A stretch of DNA of 32,000 bases from Mycobacterium sp. Z3061 (GTDB lineage: Bacteria > Actinomycetota > Actinomycetes > Mycobacteriales > Mycobacteriaceae), in assembly GCF_031583025.2 (NCBI RefSeq), contig NZ_CP134062.1, positions 4,653,234-4,685,233 on the forward strand, given 5' to 3'. Position 1 is the first letter of the stretch. Every line of letters begins with the position of its first letter. This document shows, piece by piece, positions 28,442 through 32,000 of this stretch. The notes under the pieces were generated by a model. The model was not told where the DNA came from. It ran no database searches and worked only from the letters and a program-made list of their open reading frames with translations. Position numbers and translations under genes: made by a program.

Positions 28442-29689
28442 TCAGGCCGGACGGGTGTGGCCGTCACCCCACACGATCCACTTGGTTGAGGTCAGTTCCG
28501 GCAGCCCCATCGGACCGCGGGCGTGGAGTTTCTGGGTGGAGATGCCGATCTCGGCGCCGAAGCCGAACTGCTCGCCGTCGGTGAACGCGGTGGACGCGTT
28601 GACCATCACCGCCGCGGCGTCCACTTGCGCGGTAAAGCGTTGCGCAGCAGCCAGATTGGTGGTCACGATGGCCTCGGTGTGGCCGGTGCCGTACTCGTTG
28701 ACGTGAGCGATCGCGGCATCCAGGCCGTCGACCACCGCGACCGCGATGTCCATCGCCAGGTACTCGCGGCGCAGGTCTTCTTCACCGGGGTCCAGGTGGA
28801 CGGCGACGCCCGCGGTCTCCAGTGCGTTCAGCAACCTCGGCAGCGCCTCCTGCGCGATCGCCGTATCGACCAACAGCGTCTCGGCGGCGTTGCAGACGCT
28901 GGGACGGCGGGTCTTGGAGTTCAGCAGGATGCGCTCGGCGACGTCGAGGTCGGCGGCTTCGTGCACGTAGACGTGGCAGTTGCCGACACCGGTCTCGATG
29001 GTGGGTATCTGCGCATCGCGCACCACAGCCTCGATCAGGCCGGCTCCCCCGCGCGGGATCGCCACATCGACCAGGCCGCGGGCCTGGATTAGGTGGGTGA
29101 CGGTGGCGCGGTCGGCCGACGAGAGCAGCTGGACGGCGTCGGCGGGCAAATCCTGGCTGACCAGAGCGTCGCGGAGCACCGCGACCAACGCCTCGTTGGA
29201 CCTCGCCGCCGACGAGCTGCCGCGCAGCAACGCGGCGTTACCCGACTTGAGCGTCAACCCGAATGCGTCCACGGTGACGTTGGGACGGCCTTCGTAGATC
29301 ATTCCGACCACGCCGAGCGGAACCCGCTGCTGTCGCAACTGCAGCCCGTTGGGCAGGGTGGAACCGCGCAGCACCTCACCCACCGGGTCGGCCAATCCCG
29401 CGACCTGGCGCAGACCAGCGGCGATGCCGTCGACGCGCTGTGGGTTGAGCGCCAGCCGGTCCAGCATCGCGGCGGGGGTGCCGGCGGCCCGCGCCGTGTC
29501 CAGGTCTTCGGCATTGGCGACCAGGATCTGGTCGGCATGTGCCAGCAGTGCGTCGGCGGCGGCGTGCAGCGCGCGGTCTTTGTCCACCGTCGGGGTCGAG
29601 GCCAGGATCCGGGCGGCCACCCGGGCGCGGCGGGCGGCATCGTGCACCTCTTGGCGCAAATCGGGCAGCGCCGGTGCTTGCAGACTCAT
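28442..29689 (-). CDS. proA: Gamma-glutamyl phosphate reductase ProA
   Basis: 415 aa with [29 protein letters not shown] and the catalytic-Cys region [12 protein letters not shown]. The ATG overlaps the upstream gene's TAA stop by 1 nt (TAATG). Confidence 0.93.
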   Translation of the reverse strand: MSLQAPALPDLRQEVHDAARRARVAARILASTPTVDKDRALHAAADALLAHADQILVANAEDLDTARAAGTPAAMLDRLALNPQRVDGIAAGLRQVAGLADPVGEVLRGSTLPNGLQLRQQRVPLGVVGMIYEGRPNVTVDAFGLTLKSGNAALLRGSSSAARSNEALVAVLRDALVSQDLPADAVQLLSSADRATVTHLIQARGLVDVAIPRGGAGLIEAVVRDAQIPTIETGVGNCHVYVHEAADLDVAERILLNSKTRRPSVCNAAETLLVDTAIAQEALPRLLNALETAGVAVHLDPGEEDLRREYLAMDIAVAVVDGLDAAIAHVNEYGTGHTEAIVTTNLAAAQRFTAQVDAAAVMVNASTAFTDGEQFGFGAEIGISTQKLHARGPMGLPELTSTKWIVWGDGHTRPA

Positions 29690-31137
29690 TACCCCAGGAT
29701 ATCGGGCTTTCGCAGACCGGGCGCGACCGCGGTCGCCGCTTTGGCGCGTTCCCGGCGGGTCACTCGCGCCTTGTTCTGCCGCTCGTCGATCAGCCGGCCC
29801 AGATCCTGCAGCAGCATCGGCTTGTCCATCACGATCTTCTCCAGATGCTCGCGCTCGATTTCCAGCGCGGTCACTTCCTCGAGCGCATAGGCGCCGGCCA
29901 GGTTCGGCTGCCTGGTCAGCGCGGTGATCCCGATGAACGAGCCCTCGGTGAGGGTGGCGAAGGGCAGCACGGCGCCATCCGCGTCGGTCACCGTCAATTG
30001 CACGCTGCCGGCCACGATGAACGCCATCGCGGTAGGCACCGTGCCCGGGTATTGCACGATCTCGTCGGCGCCGTACCGCAGGATTCTGGCGTACGGGGCC
30101 AGAAACTGCTGGTCGGCGAGCGTCAGCCGCAGTTCGGACGCCACGACGGTGCGCAGCGCTTTCATGACGCGCTCCGGTGTCGAGAAGTCGTCGTCCTCGC
30201 CGTCCAGATGCAGTTCCCAGCGACGCGCGGCGTACCAGACCCAGCGCACGAACGTGGACTGGGTCGCGCCCTCGTCGGCCGGAGAGTGGACCCGGACGGT
30301 GGTGCGGTACTCCCCGGCGCCCAGCGCAACCGAGGTCGGTGTGGTCCCCGGCATGATCAGCGGAAGTGCGCTGGCCACCAGGGTCAACATCTCACATACC
30401 TTGTCGGGCGGGTCCGACGTCGCGAACGTGGTGTTGATCGAGCACTTGTGCGGGCCGGCCGGGCGGCTGAGATTGGTGAACGCGGTGGTCGCCAGCATTG
30501 AGTTCGGCATGATCCGCAGGCCGCCGCCGGTCTGGATGTGCACGGCCCGCCAGTTCACCTCGATGACGCGCCCCCGGGCGGTCTGCGTGTCCAGCCAGTC
30601 GTTGATCCGGAACGGTTGCTCGAAGAGCATGAACAGGCCGGACACGATCTGGCCGACGGAATTCTGCAACATCAGGCCGATCACCACCGACGTGATGCCC
30701 AAGGCGGTGAACACCCCGCCGACCCGCACGCCCCAGATCACGGACAGGATCACCGCGAGTCCGAGCCCGATCAGGGCGAACCGGCCGACATCCAGGAAGA
30801 TGGTCGGAAGTCGCTTGCGCCAACTGTCTTCGGGCGCGCCTTCGAACACCGTCGCGTTGAGCCCGGACAGCAGCAGCACCAGCACCAGGAAGCCGAACAC
30901 CGTGGTGAGAATGCGGACCGGGATCTCGCCCGCCGGGATCTGCGAGGCCTTCACCAGGATCAGTAACAGTGCCCCGAGCGGTAACAGCCAGTTGCGGATC
31001 ACCCCGACCTGGCGGGCCAGCCGATTACCCCGGCGGGTGAGGATGTGGTGCAACTCGGTCAGCAGGATCAAGCAGACCGGAAATCCGATCGCCACACCGA
31101 TCGCCCAGTAGAACCAATCCGAGTTGAAGAAGTTCAC
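29689..31137 (-). CDS. MscS-family mechanosensitive channel with a C-terminal cyclic-nucleotide-binding-like domain (Rv2434c-like)
   Basis: N-terminal TM helices are followed by the MscS pore and beta domain ([34 protein letters not shown]...[15 protein letters not shown]). The C-terminal beta-barrel has a cNMP-domain layout ([27 protein letters not shown]...[11 protein letters not shown]). The GTG start overlaps the upstream TAG stop by 1 nt. Confidence 0.85.
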   Translation of the reverse strand: MNFFNSDWFYWAIGVAIGFPVCLILLTELHHILTRRGNRLARQVGVIRNWLLPLGALLLILVKASQIPAGEIPVRILTTVFGFLVLVLLLSGLNATVFEGAPEDSWRKRLPTIFLDVGRFALIGLGLAVILSVIWGVRVGGVFTALGITSVVIGLMLQNSVGQIVSGLFMLFEQPFRINDWLDTQTARGRVIEVNWRAVHIQTGGGLRIMPNSMLATTAFTNLSRPAGPHKCSINTTFATSDPPDKVCEMLTLVASALPLIMPGTTPTSVALGAGEYRTTVRVHSPADEGATQSTFVRWVWYAARRWELHLDGEDDDFSTPERVMKALRTVVASELRLTLADQQFLAPYARILRYGADEIVQYPGTVPTAMAFIVAGSVQLTVTDADGAVLPFATLTEGSFIGITALTRQPNLAGAYALEEVTALEIEREHLEKIVMDKPMLLQDLGRLIDERQNKARVTRRERAKAATAVAPGLRKPDILG

Positions 31138-32000
31138 TACCGCTCCGCCAACCGGTAAATGGCCTGCTCGGCTCCGCCTACGGATATCGTGCCGGCGGGC
31201 GTGAACTGGCGCGTGTCGCGCATCGCCTCATACACCTGGGAGGCCACGTAGATGCCGGGTTGCGGTGAGCCACTTTGCATCTGGTACGCGAGGCTGACGG
31301 CGGCGCCCCACATGTCGAAGACGAGTCCGGACTTGCCCACCAGTCCACTGATCACATTGCCGGTGTTGATACCCACCCGCAGCCGCAGCACATGCCGGCT
31401 CTGGTTGTTGAAGCGCTCGATGATGCGGCGCATCTCCAGGGCGAACTCCACGCTGCGGTGAATGCTGTCCAGGCGCGGTGTGACGACCCCGCAGCTGGCC
31501 AGGTAACCGTTGTGGAAGGTGCGAATCCGTTCCACGCCAAGGGCTTCGGCTGCAGAATCGAACTGGCGGAACAGGTCGTCGACGATGCCGACCAGTTCGT
31601 CGCCCGCGACTTCGCTCGAGATCTCGTCGAGTCCGACGATGTCGGCGTAGATGATCGCGACGTCCTGGTGCTGCTGGGAGATGGTGCCCTCGCCCTCGCG
31701 GTACCGCTGCGCCACGGACTCCGGCATCAACGCCAGCAGGAGTCGGTCGTTTTCCCGGCGCTGCTCGTTGAGCAGCTCTTCCTTGATCGCCAGGTTCCGG
31801 CTCATCTCGTTGAAAGCACCCGTGAGATCACCGATTTCATCACGCGAGGTGATCGGGATGTTGACCTCGTAGTCCCCGGAACTGATCTTCTGCGCGCCTT
31901 TCTCGAGGCGGCGCAACGGTCGCACCGCCGCCTGGGCGATGACCATGGCCGCCACGGAGATAACGAAGACCATCGCCGCGACGGCGACCGCAAGCGCTTT
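31137..32000 (-). CDS. Membrane receptor-type class III nucleotidyl cyclase homologue (HAMP + cyclase homology domain; Rv2435c-like); the N-terminus lies outside the window
   Basis: The reading frame is open to the window edge. The HAMP domain is RPLRRLEKGAQKISSGDYEVNIPITSRDEIGDLTGAFNEMSRNL. The cyclase homology domain runs VAIIYADIVGL...RIRTFHNGYLASCG...LRVGINTGNVISGLVG...FDMWGAAVSLAYQMQS. Confidence 0.85.
   Translation of the reverse strand, partial: KALAVAVAAMVFVISVAAMVIAQAAVRPLRRLEKGAQKISSGDYEVNIPITSRDEIGDLTGAFNEMSRNLAIKEELLNEQRRENDRLLLALMPESVAQRYREGEGTISQQHQDVAIIYADIVGLDEISSEVAGDELVGIVDDLFRQFDSAAEALGVERIRTFHNGYLASCGVVTPRLDSIHRSVEFALEMRRIIERFNNQSRHVLRLRVGINTGNVISGLVGKSGLVFDMWGAAVSLAYQMQSGSPQPGIYVASQVYEAMRDTRQFTPAGTISVGGAEQAIYRLAER

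Noticed and set aside
25045-31111. Opposite-strand ORFs over the methyltransferase, VWA, moxR, proA and MscS genes (25045-26010, 26077-26559, 27573-28436, 28523-29092, 29093-29890, 29539-30501, 29924-31111)
   Set aside because: They have shadow-ORF composition and no motifs. The annotated strand carries Walker motifs, MIDAS, the ProA catalytic Cys and the MscS signatures.

Overview
This window is a high-GC chromosomal segment from a slow-growing Mycobacterium of the lineage that carries expanded PE_PGRS and PPE-MPTR genes. It has three parts.

(1) nt 1-7953, plus strand, is a lipid-export neighbourhood. It holds the 3' two-thirds of an mmpL gene, a secreted PE-PPE-domain (Chp-like) serine hydrolase, a DapB-like NAD(P) oxidoreductase, and a translationally coupled mmpS-mmpL pair of the MmpS4/5-MmpL4/5 type.

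(2) nt 7954-21526 is an accessory block of three tandem, same-strand type VII (ESX) substrate genes:
- a 1,791-aa PPE-MPTR protein;
- a roughly 6.2-kb PE_PGRS gene whose glycine-rich reading frame is broken by one apparent 1-nt deletion near nt 14,800;
- a PE protein with a short PGRS linker fused to a pepsin-like aspartic protease (PecA/PE_PGRS35/PE_PGRS16 type).

(3) nt 21527-32000 is conserved core genome, mostly on the minus strand:
- degV-octT-gpgP-rsfS-nadD, syntenic as I recall with M. tuberculosis Rv2417c-Rv2421c;
- a divergent TehB-like methyltransferase;
- a perfect 24-bp bidirectional terminator hairpin;
- a tightly overlapped chain: HAMP/class III cyclase-like protein -> MscS channel with a cNMP-like domain -> proA -> MoxR ATPase -> VWA protein.

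I saw no rRNA, tRNA, CRISPR array, transposase or integrase.

The observations most worth a second look are:
- the frameshifted giant PE_PGRS and its roughly 283-nt higher-order repeat;
- the adjacency of that PE_PGRS to a PE-linked aspartic protease;
- the modular architecture of the PPE-MPTR protein;
- the cyclase/cNMP-channel pair, in which both the cyclase catalytic residues and the cNMP phosphate-binding cassette look degenerate by eye.

I did not find a clearly new multi-gene system. All functional calls rest on motif recognition and remembered synteny, not on database searches.
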